From Synechococcus elongatus PCC 6301 (GTDB lineage: Bacteria > Cyanobacteriota > Cyanobacteriia > Synechococcales > Synechococcaceae), in NCBI RefSeq assembly GCF_000010065.1, contig NC_006576.1, positions 1,080,001 through 1,112,000 on the forward strand: 32,000 bases of DNA, given 5' to 3'. This document shows, in pieces, positions 1-9,097 of this stretch. Made by a program: the position numbers and the translations under genes. A model generated the notes under the pieces. The model was given only the letters and a program-made list of their open reading frames with translations. It made no database searches and was not told the origin of the DNA. The stretch's first letter is position 1; each line of letters starts with the position of its first letter.

Positions 1-2
1 AT

Positions 3-530
3 GTCGGCTACGGTCAGCCCTACACCAGTACTGTCGAGCTGGTCAACGGCGAAATTGGCGACGATGTAGCCTACTACTTGGCCAGCTCTGAGCAAACACC
101 TTCAGCGATTCTGCTAGGGGTTTATCTTGATCGCCAAGGGGTCGAAGCCGCCGGTGGGCTATTGATTCAAGTGCTGCCCCAAGCCGCTCGCGATCCAGAG
201 CTGGTCAGCTTGCTGGAATCGCGGATCAGCCATCTGAAAGGCTTCACGCAACTCCTACGATCGGGCAAGGATTTGCCAGAGATTCTGGAAGACCTGCTGG
301 GCGACTTGGATCTGACAATTCTGGCCGAACCACGATCGCTGCGGTTTTTCTGCCCCTGTACCCACCAACGGATGCTAGGCGCTCTCAAAATCTTTGGGGC
401 ACCGGAACTGCGCGACATGATCGCCAAGGATCAAGGGGCCGAGGCAACCTGCGAGTTTTGTAGCGAGGTCTATCAAGCCAGCATTGAAGAGCTGGAAGAA
501 CTGATCAGCGACTTGGAAACCGCCGCTTAA
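3..530 (+). CDS. hslO: Hsp33 family redox-regulated chaperonin HslO, C-terminal part (5' end outside the window)
   Basis: Frame open from the window edge, reading VGYGQPYTSTVELVNGEIGDDVAYYLASSEQTPSA, then the C-terminal zinc cysteines CPC...CEFC. The ORF track start at 78 is an internal TTG. Confidence 0.93.
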   Translation, partial: VGYGQPYTSTVELVNGEIGDDVAYYLASSEQTPSAILLGVYLDRQGVEAAGGLLIQVLPQAARDPELVSLLESRISHLKGFTQLLRSGKDLPEILEDLLGDLDLTILAEPRSLRFFCPCTHQRMLGALKIFGAPELRDMIAKDQGAEATCEFCSEVYQASIEELEELISDLETAA

Positions 531-581
531 TCCTGTCCACTCTTCCAAAACTGCTAGCTCGGACAAACCGCGATCGCCCAA

Positions 582-1196
582 TCAGTGCAGAAAGGTGGCG
601 ATCGCCCAGAGCAACAGCAGGGCAAAGGCTGTGGCAATCTGCTCGGGGCTGAGCGGGCCAAGAACAGGAATGAGTCCCGCGATCGCGGTACCGGCGAGCA
701 GCCCCACTAGCAACGCCGCAAAAGAGAAGAGAGCAGCCCGCCCAAAGTGGTTCTCTTTACGCATCACCAGCCAAATTGCACTGCCAATCCCGGCCACCAG
801 CAGCAGTTGCAGAATAGTGGGTTGTAGGCGCGGGAAGAGCGACACCACCAGCAGCCCGCCAAAGAGCAGCGAGCTGATCAACAACTCCTGCGGCTGAGGT
901 TTATCAAAAAAGCGACCCGCCCAGGCTGGTGCCGAGGGTGTCGGGAACGTCGGTGTTTTCTTGGACTCTACGATCGGCTTTTCGGCAAAGCGAATCCGCT
1001 CCGGCACCTTGATCTTGCCTTCTTGGCGTAGCCGCAAGCGCTCCATCAGAATGGCGTCGTAGGCGGTCTCGATGGCAGTCCGCTGCGGTGAATCGGGTTC
1101 TAGTTCTGCCAGCCGGCGATCGCGGGTTGCTTGAATTTCATCAAAAGAGGCGGATTCTGCAACACCCAGCCGTTCGTAAGGAGTTTGGTCTGCCAT
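582..1196 (-). CDS. CPP1-like / J-domain-like cyanobacterial membrane protein (DUF3353-type)
   Basis: 204 aa. N-terminal J-like segment (PYERLGVAESASFDEIQATRDRRLAE...), C-terminal hydrophobic helices. Confidence 0.75.
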   Translation of the reverse strand: MADQTPYERLGVAESASFDEIQATRDRRLAELEPDSPQRTAIETAYDAILMERLRLRQEGKIKVPERIRFAEKPIVESKKTPTFPTPSAPAWAGRFFDKPQPQELLISSLLFGGLLVVSLFPRLQPTILQLLLVAGIGSAIWLVMRKENHFGRAALFSFAALLVGLLAGTAIAGLIPVLGPLSPEQIATAFALLLLWAIATFLH

Positions 1197-1659
1197 CGCA
1201 CTTGGGCTCTACAGAGTGGGTTGAAATTCTCTGCTCTATGGTATTGCGTCCAGCCCAATGCTCGAGTTGTTGTCTAGCAGAAGGGCGTGGGCCAGAGGGT
1301 CGCTGGCTCGCGATCGCGGCAGACGGACTGGGCCGCCAGACTCGATCGCAGCAGAGTTTGCTGCAAGGGCGACTGCTGCAGTTTGGGGTACCACGGTCCA
1401 ATCACCACTGCAGTCAGGGCCGCTAGCGCAGCGGTCTGAGCCGCAATCGGTAATTCTGTCAGCATTGCACCTTTACTCCCCACACCTGGCCTAGGCTTCA
1501 CGCTACTGGGATAGCCATGAAGCTGGCATCAAGCGACTGTAAAGCTTGCATAAAGCAGACTATGCCAATCGATCGCGATCGCGAAGGGAATGTTAAGGCT
1601 CAGTGAAAGCCAGAGCAGCTCTCTAGACTAAGGGCAGATCAAAAGGTCTGCGCAAGCCA

Positions 1660-2373
1660 ATGGAGACAGCCAAAATTTTGGTCGTGGATGATGACAGCGC
1701 GGTCCGAACTTTGTTAGTGCGCTTTCTATCGCGCCAAGGCTATCAGGTAGAAGCCGCAATCGATGGCAGCAGTGCCTTGGCTCAGTTCGAGCGCTTTAGC
1801 CCAGATTTGTTGATTCTGGACGTTAACCTGCCGGATACCAACGGCTATCAACTCTGCGAGATTGTTCAGAAACGCACAGGCGTCTACGTCATTTTGCTGA
1901 CCAGTCGCGATGATGAGGCCGATATTCTGACCGGCTTTGCTAAAGGCGCGGACGACTACATCACCAAGCCGTTTTCGCTGATGAGTGTGGGGGCGCGGAT
2001 CGCGGCGATTTTACGACGGCAGCGCCATATCGAAACTGCCAGCCAGCCAGCGCTGCACTACGAGCAATTGCAGATTGATCCGGCCCGGCGCGAGGTCTCA
2101 TTTGCAGGCCAACCCATCCTGTTGACAGCCTTGGAGTTTGATCTGTTGCACTTTCTGGCAACGCATCCCGATCGCGTTTGGCGGCGCAATGAGTTGATTC
2201 AGGAAGTTTGGGAATACGATTACGTCGGCGATCAGCGCGTGGTCGATGTACACATTGGTCAAATCCGCAAAAAGCTTGAGGTCAATCCCGAGCTGGCTTG
2301 TCCAATTCAAACGGTGCGCGGGGTGGGCTACAAGTTTGAGTCAACAGGAATGAGCCTTTCGCGACTGGCCTAG
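1660..2373 (+). CDS. OmpR/PhoB-family two-component response regulator
   Basis: Receiver domain (ILVVDDDSAVRTLL, LLILDVNLPDTNG, LLTSRD, KPF) and winged-helix output domain (LTALEFDLLHFL, RVVDVHIGQIRKKLE, IQTVRGVGYKF). Confidence 0.92.
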   Translation: METAKILVVDDDSAVRTLLVRFLSRQGYQVEAAIDGSSALAQFERFSPDLLILDVNLPDTNGYQLCEIVQKRTGVYVILLTSRDDEADILTGFAKGADDYITKPFSLMSVGARIAAILRRQRHIETASQPALHYEQLQIDPARREVSFAGQPILLTALEFDLLHFLATHPDRVWRRNELIQEVWEYDYVGDQRVVDVHIGQIRKKLEVNPELACPIQTVRGVGYKFESTGMSLSRLA

Positions 2374-3089
2374 GGAAAGGCGGGCGGGTACTTAAGGCGA
2401 TCGCTGCTGACCCGCCAAGTCGGTAGAAATTGATCGAGTAACTGATAGAAACGGGGCGTGTGGTGATGCTCTAGCAAATGCACAAGCTCATGCACGACGA
2501 CGGACTCCAAGCAATGCGGCGGGTATTTCGCGAGCTCTAGGTTGAGCCAAATCCGGCGATCGCGAATGTTGCAACTGCCCCAGCGAGTTTTCATGCGTTT
2601 GATTCGCCATTCTGCAGCAGTGACCTTGAGTTTGGGTTGCCAGTGATCGAGTAAGGGCGGAATTTGGGTTTGTAATTGCTGGCGATACCACTGGTGTAAA
2701 AGGCGCTCGCGATCGCTGCAAGAGTCATTCGGCTCAGTCTGAAGGGTAAGCACTTTAGCTGCGTGGTCGAAGTGAAGCGATCGCTTAGAGGTGTGGGGTT
2801 GAACCTGAAGCTGATAGGGAATACCCCAGAGATAATGGATTTCGCCACTGATTAATTGCATAGCAGTCGGTCGTGATCGGACTTTCGCTTGTTGCTCGGT
2901 CAACCATGTCTGTTTGCGTTGCAACAAGGGCAAGAGATCAGCTTCTCTGCAATGGAGCGGCACGGTGACTTGAATGCGACCATCCGGAGGATAGACCCGA
3001 AAGTAGAGGTGCTTAATCGGTTTGCGTACAACCGCGATCGCGAGATCATCCAACTGAATCCAAGTTTGGGGTGCTGGGAGCTTGCTCAT
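2370..3089 (-). CDS. YgjP-like (DUF45) metallopeptidase-domain protein
   Basis: HELVHLLEHHHTPRFYQLL zinc motif and the family signature MKTRWGSCNIRDRRIWLNLELAKYPPHCLESVVVHEL. Confidence 0.88.
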   Translation of the reverse strand: MSKLPAPQTWIQLDDLAIAVVRKPIKHLYFRVYPPDGRIQVTVPLHCREADLLPLLQRKQTWLTEQQAKVRSRPTAMQLISGEIHYLWGIPYQLQVQPHTSKRSLHFDHAAKVLTLQTEPNDSCSDRERLLHQWYRQQLQTQIPPLLDHWQPKLKVTAAEWRIKRMKTRWGSCNIRDRRIWLNLELAKYPPHCLESVVVHELVHLLEHHHTPRFYQLLDQFLPTWRVSSDRLKYPPAFP

Positions 3090-3193
3090 CAGGAGGAATT
3101 GTTATTGCGATCGCAGTGAGCATTGCACAATTAAAAGCCCTCCACCGATCAACAGCAGAGGGTTAACTAGGCGGGGACTTATGGGGACGATCG

Positions 3194-4285
3194 CTACACG
3201 TTGAAGCGGAAGAGCATCACATCACCCTCTTGGACGATGTATTCCTTACCTTCACTGCGCACCAGCCCTTTTTCTTTGGCAGCGGTCATAGAGCCTGTTG
3301 CAACCAGATCGGCATAGGCAACAGTTTCTGCTCGGATAAAACCGCGCTCAAAATCGGAGTGGATCACACCTGCGGCCTGTGGAGCAGTCATGCCAGCCCG
3401 AATCGTCCAAGCCCGTGTTTCCTTCGGCCCCGTGGTGAAGTAAGTCCGCAGACCGAGCAGCGCATAGGTTGCCCGAATCAAGGATTGCAAACCACCTTCT
3501 TCTACGCCCAAGGAGCCTAGATAGTCGGCTCGCTCTTCCTCGGGTAGTTCCACCAGCTCCGCTTCCACTTGTGCAGAGATGATTACAACCTGCGCATTTT
3601 CTGCAGCGGCTAGCGATCGCACTTGCTCAACGTAGGCATTCCCCGTCGCTAACTCGCCTTCCGAGACATTCGCTCCGTAGATCAGCGGCTTGCGCGTCAG
3701 CAAGTCTAAGGGCGCAATCAGCGCTTCTTCCTCTTCTGTCAGCTCAAACTGTCGCGCGGACTTGCCAGCATCCAGATGGGGCTGGAGTCGCTCTAAAACT
3801 GCCAGTTCAGCTGCCGCTTCCTTGTTCGTGCGGGCCTGTTTGCGCAGTCGCTCAATCCGGCGTTCGATTTGCCCCAGATCAGCCAGCGCTAGCTCCAAGT
3901 TGATGATTTCGATGTCCCGCGCTGGATCGACGGAACCTGCCACGTGGATGATGTCGTCATCATCAAAGCAGCGCACCACCTGAACGATGGCATCAACTTG
4001 GCGAATGTGGGACAGAAACTGGTTGCCCAGCCCTTCACCTTGGCTGGCCCCTTTGACCAAGCCTGCGATATCGACGAACTCAATGCGCGTCGGTACCGTC
4101 TGCTCTGAGCTAGAGATCTCTGTCAGGGCAGCCAGCCGGGTATCCGGCACGGCAACAACTCCGACGTTCGGCTCAATTGTGCAGAACGGAAAATTGGCGG
4201 CTTGGGCTTTAGCGTTCGCCACAAGCGCGTTGAATAACGTGGATTTGCCTACATTGGGTAGGCCAACAATACCGGCTCTAAGCAT
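3194..4285 (-). CDS. ychF: Redox-regulated ATPase/GTPase YchF
   Basis: 363 aa. [16 protein letters not shown]-loop, [39 protein letters not shown]-terminal TGS-like [30 protein letters not shown]. Confidence 0.97.
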   Translation of the reverse strand: MLRAGIVGLPNVGKSTLFNALVANAKAQAANFPFCTIEPNVGVVAVPDTRLAALTEISSSEQTVPTRIEFVDIAGLVKGASQGEGLGNQFLSHIRQVDAIVQVVRCFDDDDIIHVAGSVDPARDIEIINLELALADLGQIERRIERLRKQARTNKEAAAELAVLERLQPHLDAGKSARQFELTEEEEALIAPLDLLTRKPLIYGANVSEGELATGNAYVEQVRSLAAAENAQVVIISAQVEAELVELPEEERADYLGSLGVEEGGLQSLIRATYALLGLRTYFTTGPKETRAWTIRAGMTAPQAAGVIHSDFERGFIRAETVAYADLVATGSMTAAKEKGLVRSEGKEYIVQEGDVMLFRFNV

Positions 4286-4344
4286 GGCATCTACTCTACC
4301 GCGCTGCCGCTCTCCCCTCGCTCGTTAGAATCAGAATTTCTCGC

Positions 4345-5697
4345 ATGACTTCCTCAACACCCATGAAAGTGAAATGGCTGGAGCCGATTCGGCAAGTTCA
4401 CCCGTGGGTGCTCATCGTGATTGCGATCGCGGTGATCGGCAGTGGATCGGGGATCTGGTGGCTGCTGCGATCGCGGGCGAGTGAAGCCGTTCTCGATCGC
4501 TACACAGTGCCGGTCAAAGTCGAGACGCTACAAGAGAAAGTGACTGCCAGCGGTAGCATTGTTCCGATTCGCACCGTCAACCTCAGCCCCAAGACCGCCG
4601 GTCTCTTGGTCGAAGTGTTGGTGGAGCAAGGACAGAAAGTCCAGCAGGGTCAGCTGATCGCCCGCATGGATAACCGCGAGCTCCGCGCCCAGCAACTCCA
4701 AGCCCGAGCCGCACTCGCTGCTGCCCAGGCACAACTCCAGGTACTGCGCAACGGCACTCGCCCTGAAGTGCTTGACCAAGGTCGCGAAGCGATTCGCCAG
4801 GCTCAAGCGGCTGCCCAACAAGCCGCCGCGCGTCGCGCTCTGGCCCAGCAGGAATTAAAACGGCAGGAAGCCTTGGTAGGAGAAGGGGCGATCGCTCGCC
4901 AAGCCTACGATCGCGCTTTGACTGATGCGGCTGAAACCGATGCGGCCCTCCAACAGGCGATCGGGTGGTTGCGTGAGGTCGAACGTCGCCAGCAGGAATT
5001 GCAAAATGGCGCTCGGCCCGAAGAAGTTCGGCAGGCCGAAGCCCGCGTTGGTGAAGCGATCGGTCGCCTCCAATCCGTAGAAGTGCAGCTTGCCGACACA
5101 GAAATTCGCGCGCCCTTCAGCGGCATCATTACTCAGCGCTACGCCGATCCGGGCGCTTTTGTGACGCCAACCACCTCTGCTTCCGCCACCGCCAGCGCCA
5201 CGTCTACCTCGATCGTCGCCCTCGCCGAAGGACTGGAAGTGCTGGCACAAGTCCCAGAAGTGGACATCAGCCGCATTCGTGTCGGCCAGTCGGTACAGGT
5301 GCGGGTCGATGCTTTCCCGACACAGACCTTTGAGGGCAAGGTGCGGTTGGTAGCACCAGAAGCAGTGGAAGAGCAAAACGTCACCTCTTTTCAGGTTCGG
5401 GTGACCTTGCAAACTGGCCAGAACCAGCTGGGATCCGGGATGAACGCGGACCTCGACTTCATTGGGCGATCGCTGCCCCGAGCACTGGTGATCCCAACCG
5501 TCGCGATCGTCACCCGCGAAGGCAAAAGCGGGGTGCTGATTCCCGATACTGCCGGCAAGCCGGAGTTTCGACCGGTGATTTTGGGTGCTGCCGTTGGCAA
5601 CGAAACCCAAATCCTACAAGGACTCCAGCGCGATGAACGGATCTTTATTGACCTCCCGCCGGGACAGAAGTGGAACCCCGAAACCAGCGATCGCTAG
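4345..5697 (+). CDS. HlyD/RND-type efflux periplasmic adaptor (membrane fusion protein)
   Basis: N-terminal TM segment, biotinyl-lipoyl-like LLVEVLVEQGQKVQQGQLIARMD, long coiled-coil hairpin, IRAPFSGIITQRYADPGAFV, C-terminal beta domain. Confidence 0.9.
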   Translation: MTSSTPMKVKWLEPIRQVHPWVLIVIAIAVIGSGSGIWWLLRSRASEAVLDRYTVPVKVETLQEKVTASGSIVPIRTVNLSPKTAGLLVEVLVEQGQKVQQGQLIARMDNRELRAQQLQARAALAAAQAQLQVLRNGTRPEVLDQGREAIRQAQAAAQQAAARRALAQQELKRQEALVGEGAIARQAYDRALTDAAETDAALQQAIGWLREVERRQQELQNGARPEEVRQAEARVGEAIGRLQSVEVQLADTEIRAPFSGIITQRYADPGAFVTPTTSASATASATSTSIVALAEGLEVLAQVPEVDISRIRVGQSVQVRVDAFPTQTFEGKVRLVAPEAVEEQNVTSFQVRVTLQTGQNQLGSGMNADLDFIGRSLPRALVIPTVAIVTREGKSGVLIPDTAGKPEFRPVILGAAVGNETQILQGLQRDERIFIDLPPGQKWNPETSDR

Positions 5698-6812
5698 GCG
5701 CTGCCGAGGAACTGGCGACTGAGCTGGACAATCCGGCCAGAAGCCTGACCATCGCCAAAGGGATTTGCCGCATTGGCCATCGCTGCATAGGCGGCCGGAT
5801 CTTGGAGCAAGGTCAGGGCTTCTTGGGCAATGCGATCGGCTTGGGTACCAATCAATTTGGCTGTGCCGGCTGTCACTGCCTCCGGCCGCTCTGTTGTTTC
5901 CCGTAGCACCAACACCGGTTTACCCAAGCTGGGAGCTTCTTCTTGTAAACCGCCCGAATCCGTTAGCAGCAGGGTCGATCGTTGAATCGCACCGACCAGT
6001 TCGCTGTAATCCAACGGCTCAGTCAAAAAGACGCGAGGATGTTGGCCCAGTAAGGCTTGCAGCGGCTCCCGCACCGTCGGGTTGCGGTGCAGGGGCAGTA
6101 GGAGGGCAGCATCCGGCACCGCTTCGAGGATCGCTAGGAAGCCTTGAGCAATGTCCTGCAGCGGTTCGCCCCAGTTTTCACGGCGGTGCACCGTTGCGAG
6201 CAGCACCCGATAGCGCGACCAATCTAAACCCGCGATCGGGCAGTCAGGCTGGCGATCGGCCACGGTCAACAGGGCATCAATCACCGTGTTGCCCGTCAGA
6301 TGCACTTCGCCAACCACCCCAGAAGCTCGCAAGTTCTCAACCGCCAACGGCGTCGGTGCAAAGTGAAGCTGGGCAATTTGCGAAATCAGCCGCCGATTGG
6401 CCTCCTCGGGATAGGGATTGAAGAGATTATCGGTACGCAGGCCCGCTTCAACGTGCCCGACAGGAATTTTCTGATAAAAGGCCGCTAGGGCTGCCGCAAA
6501 GGCAGTGGTGGTGTCGCCCTGGACGAGAACCAGTTGTGGCTCTAACTCTTGGAATAGAGTTTCCAGTCCTTCGAGACTGCGACTGGTAATACTAGTCAGG
6601 GTTTGGCGGGGCTGCATGATCGCCAAATCGCGATCGGGTTGCAGGCCAAACAGCTGCATCACCTGTTCAACCATCTCGCGGTGCTGGCCAGTCAGGACCA
6701 CTTGGGTTTGAAAAGTAGGGTCCTGCTGAAAGGCTCGAATCACCGGCGCCAACTTAATCGCTTCGGGGCGAGTTCCCAAGGTGATGCAGACGCGAATCGG
6801 AGCCTGAGTCAT
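5694..6812 (-). CDS. wecB: UDP-N-acetylglucosamine 2-epimerase (non-hydrolysing)
   Basis: RVCITLGTRPEAIKLAPVI, VVLTGQHREMV, VLVQGDTTTAFAAALAAFY, GHVEAGLRT, TDSGGLQEEAPSLGKPVLVLRETTERPE. Confidence 0.95.
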   Translation of the reverse strand: MTQAPIRVCITLGTRPEAIKLAPVIRAFQQDPTFQTQVVLTGQHREMVEQVMQLFGLQPDRDLAIMQPRQTLTSITSRSLEGLETLFQELEPQLVLVQGDTTTAFAAALAAFYQKIPVGHVEAGLRTDNLFNPYPEEANRRLISQIAQLHFAPTPLAVENLRASGVVGEVHLTGNTVIDALLTVADRQPDCPIAGLDWSRYRVLLATVHRRENWGEPLQDIAQGFLAILEAVPDAALLLPLHRNPTVREPLQALLGQHPRVFLTEPLDYSELVGAIQRSTLLLTDSGGLQEEAPSLGKPVLVLRETTERPEAVTAGTAKLIGTQADRIAQEALTLLQDPAAYAAMANAANPFGDGQASGRIVQLSRQFLGSA

Positions 6813-6869
6813 GGCGGGTACAGGATCGACCCACCCATCCTATAGCGATCGCTGGCGCAACATCCCCAC

Positions 6870-6900
6870 AAAAAAAAACCCGGTGTTTGCGACCGGGTTT
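6870..6900 (-). terminator. Intrinsic terminator for the minus-strand gene ending at 6918
   Basis: Minus strand reads AAACCCGGT-CGCAAAC-ACCGGGTTTTTTTTTG: a strong GC-rich stem followed by a U tract, just 3' of the 6918 stop. Confidence 0.85.
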
Positions 6901-6917
6901 CTATTTCAAATCACGCC

Positions 6918-7310
6918 CTAGAGAACGCTGAATCGACTTAGTTGTCGAGCCTCGCAGGTTAGGGGGCAAGCCGCAAACCGCGAAGTCACCGTTGCATCCG
7001 TGTTTCCATTCAGCCAAGGCAGCCATGTCACTTCTTGCGGATGAACCCCCCGCAAGGTCAGCATCACCGCAGGAATCACGCTCGCGAGCAACAACCCACC
7101 AAAGACCAAGCCGCTGACGAGCAAGACGGCACTGACTGGCATCACTGCTTGCAGAACCACCGAAGCCAAAGCTGCGATCGCAGTCAGCACGACCACCGCT
7201 GGAAAGCCCACGACCAGGAAACAAACCAGGAACGTGAACATCCAGAGCAAAAAGCCCCGAATCCAGAATTGCGAACCCCGTACGGGGACGGACAGCTGAG
7301 CTGCGACCAT
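6918..7310 (-). CDS. Small membrane protein of unknown function
   Basis: Continuous ORF with two strongly hydrophobic segments (FLLWMFTFLVCFLVVGFPAVVVL; AVMPVSAVLLVSGLVFGGLLLASVI). Start chosen at MVAAQLS inside the longer ORF 6918..7382. Followed by a clear terminator. Confidence 0.6.
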   Translation of the reverse strand: MVAAQLSVPVRGSQFWIRGFLLWMFTFLVCFLVVGFPAVVVLTAIAALASVVLQAVMPVSAVLLVSGLVFGGLLLASVIPAVMLTLRGVHPQEVTWLPWLNGNTDATVTSRFAACPLTCEARQLSRFSVL

Positions 7311-7843
7311 GACCCTAGCTCCTGAACAGTCGTGAGAGGTGAAAAAGCTTTGTCTGCGAGATGGCTGCAGACTTGGACACATCCTAAGAGAAGTTTTTTG
7401 GGATTATGAACACTGTTAACAAAAGTTTGCTTTAGAGTCAGTTAAGACCCGGAAATTCAGTAGAAATTCCTAGTCCAATCCGTCGAGCCTAGGAACGCAA
7501 AAGCACCTAAGTATAAATACGCAATAGCAGCAATTGTAGGTCGAAAGCCTTGGTGGTAACTGCAATCTAGCTATCCTTTTCGGATTACTCTCTGGAAGAT
7601 CAAAAAGCTTGAAATAGGCTCAGACGTTATCTTCTAGGAATTTTGATTCTGAGCAGGATAAATATTTCTTTCTGAAAGAAAATGATGTTACAAGAATTCT
7701 CAGATTTCTCCGTCGATCGCTCTCAGCTGGCGATCGCTGATGGCGAACTGTTACGGGCTTCGCGGGATACCGCGAGGCAGCGGACTGGTGACTCCTGCAC
7801 TCACCGAAGCATGAGGAGTCGCAGTAAATCCGTCGTGGACTGA

Positions 7844-8227
7844 TCAGGGATTTGCCTCGGGCGATCGCGCTTCATAGCTGCGGCAACCGGCGCAGGGACC
7901 TTCGGGCTGGACAGCACAGCGCAATAGTTTTGAGTGGGCATTGTAGAGGCAGCTACTGTCGCCAATCACCCAGCGTCCCTGCCAAAAACTGCGTTCATTC
8001 GGCCGCGGCGCTGCTTGCACATAGAGCGAAATTTGACTGAGTCGGTAGGCTCCCGCTCGATATTGGTAGCGATGGCGTCGCTCTAGCACCGCATAGCTGC
8101 GATCGGCCACTTCGACATGACTGGCAGGCTGCGGTAGCCAGTCGAGCTGCAGAGAACCAAGATGCTGCTGATTCTTGGCTAGGAAGACATCGGTAGGAAG
8201 ACCGGCCGACAGCCAGAGTTCGGTCAT
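7844..8227 (-). CDS. Conserved cyanobacterial protein, DUF6464-like
   Basis: Cysteine-containing C-terminal signature GDSSCLYNAHSKLLRCAVQPEGPCAGCRSYE. 127 aa, 8 nt upstream of the TerC-like gene's end on the same strand. Family name from memory. Confidence 0.6.
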   Translation of the reverse strand: MTELWLSAGLPTDVFLAKNQQHLGSLQLDWLPQPASHVEVADRSYAVLERRHRYQYRAGAYRLSQISLYVQAAPRPNERSFWQGRWVIGDSSCLYNAHSKLLRCAVQPEGPCAGCRSYEARSPEANP

Positions 8228-8235
8228 GACTGCAA

Positions 8236-8997
8236 TTAAAGGCTGAGGGGATCTTTCGTAACTTCTACGGTTTCCTCGGATTCAGCAGCGAGGGGCAGGG
8301 TCTTTTTGGAAAAACCCCAGATGAATAACACGACAATACAGCTGACCATCACCCATTCTGGGGGAGTCAAGGATTCGTTGATCGCGCGCACGAGCAACCG
8401 CAAGCCCACCAGCGCCACGGCACCATAGCCCGCTGATTTTAGGTTGTCGTATTCCTTCAGCCAGCGGATGAAGAGGCCCGCGAGGAATCGGAGGGTGATC
8501 ACGCCAATCGTGCCGCCCAACAACACCAACCAGGTTTCCCGCGAAACGGCGATCGCAGTGGTCACACTATCCAGGGAGAAGGCCAAATCGGTCAGTGCGA
8601 TCGTGGGAATTGATGCCCAAAGACTCGTGAAGCGGTGATGGTGTTTTTCTCCCTCGGTATCACTACCGTCAGGCCGAAAGTAGTTAAATGCAAGCCACAA
8701 CAGATACAGGGCACCCGCCAACTCCGCCAGTCGAAATTGCGTGACCCACGAGGCTGTCAAAATCAATAGCATTCGCAGGATGTAGGCAACCACAAGGCCG
8801 AGGTTAAGGGCTTTGCGTTGCTGCTCAGGATTCTCGAGCCCGCGCGCGATCGCAGCTAAAGCCACCGCATTGTCCGCAGACAAGACGGCTTCCAAAACTA
8901 CGAGCAACGGCAGCAGTAACAGCAAGTCACTACTGAAGTGAGGAGTTCCGATGAATTCAGTGAGCATGGTGGGGGCGATTGCCGAAGCAGCCAACAT
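8236..8997 (-). CDS. TerC-family integral membrane protein
   Basis: VVLEAVLSADNAVALAAIARGL and TDLAFSLDSVTTAIAVS motifs with multiple TM segments. Confidence 0.92.
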   Translation of the reverse strand: MLAASAIAPTMLTEFIGTPHFSSDLLLLLPLLVVLEAVLSADNAVALAAIARGLENPEQQRKALNLGLVVAYILRMLLILTASWVTQFRLAELAGALYLLWLAFNYFRPDGSDTEGEKHHHRFTSLWASIPTIALTDLAFSLDSVTTAIAVSRETWLVLLGGTIGVITLRFLAGLFIRWLKEYDNLKSAGYGAVALVGLRLLVRAINESLTPPEWVMVSCIVVLFIWGFSKKTLPLAAESEETVEVTKDPLSL

Positions 8998-9097
8998 CCA
9001 AGGCGAGACTAGGCCTAAATTCTAGCCCAGTCCACCGATCGGGCGGGGAGCGCCTAGGCGCAGCGGTACAATCAGTCGGCTTGCCTAGCCGCTTAGA

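Noticed and set aside
4855-5610. 251-aa minus-strand ORF opposite the HlyD-type adaptor
   Set aside because: Antisense shadow of a well-supported coding frame with no recognisable domain.
5765-6421. 218-aa plus-strand ORF opposite wecB
   Set aside because: Shadow ORF; wecB motifs are clear on the minus strand.
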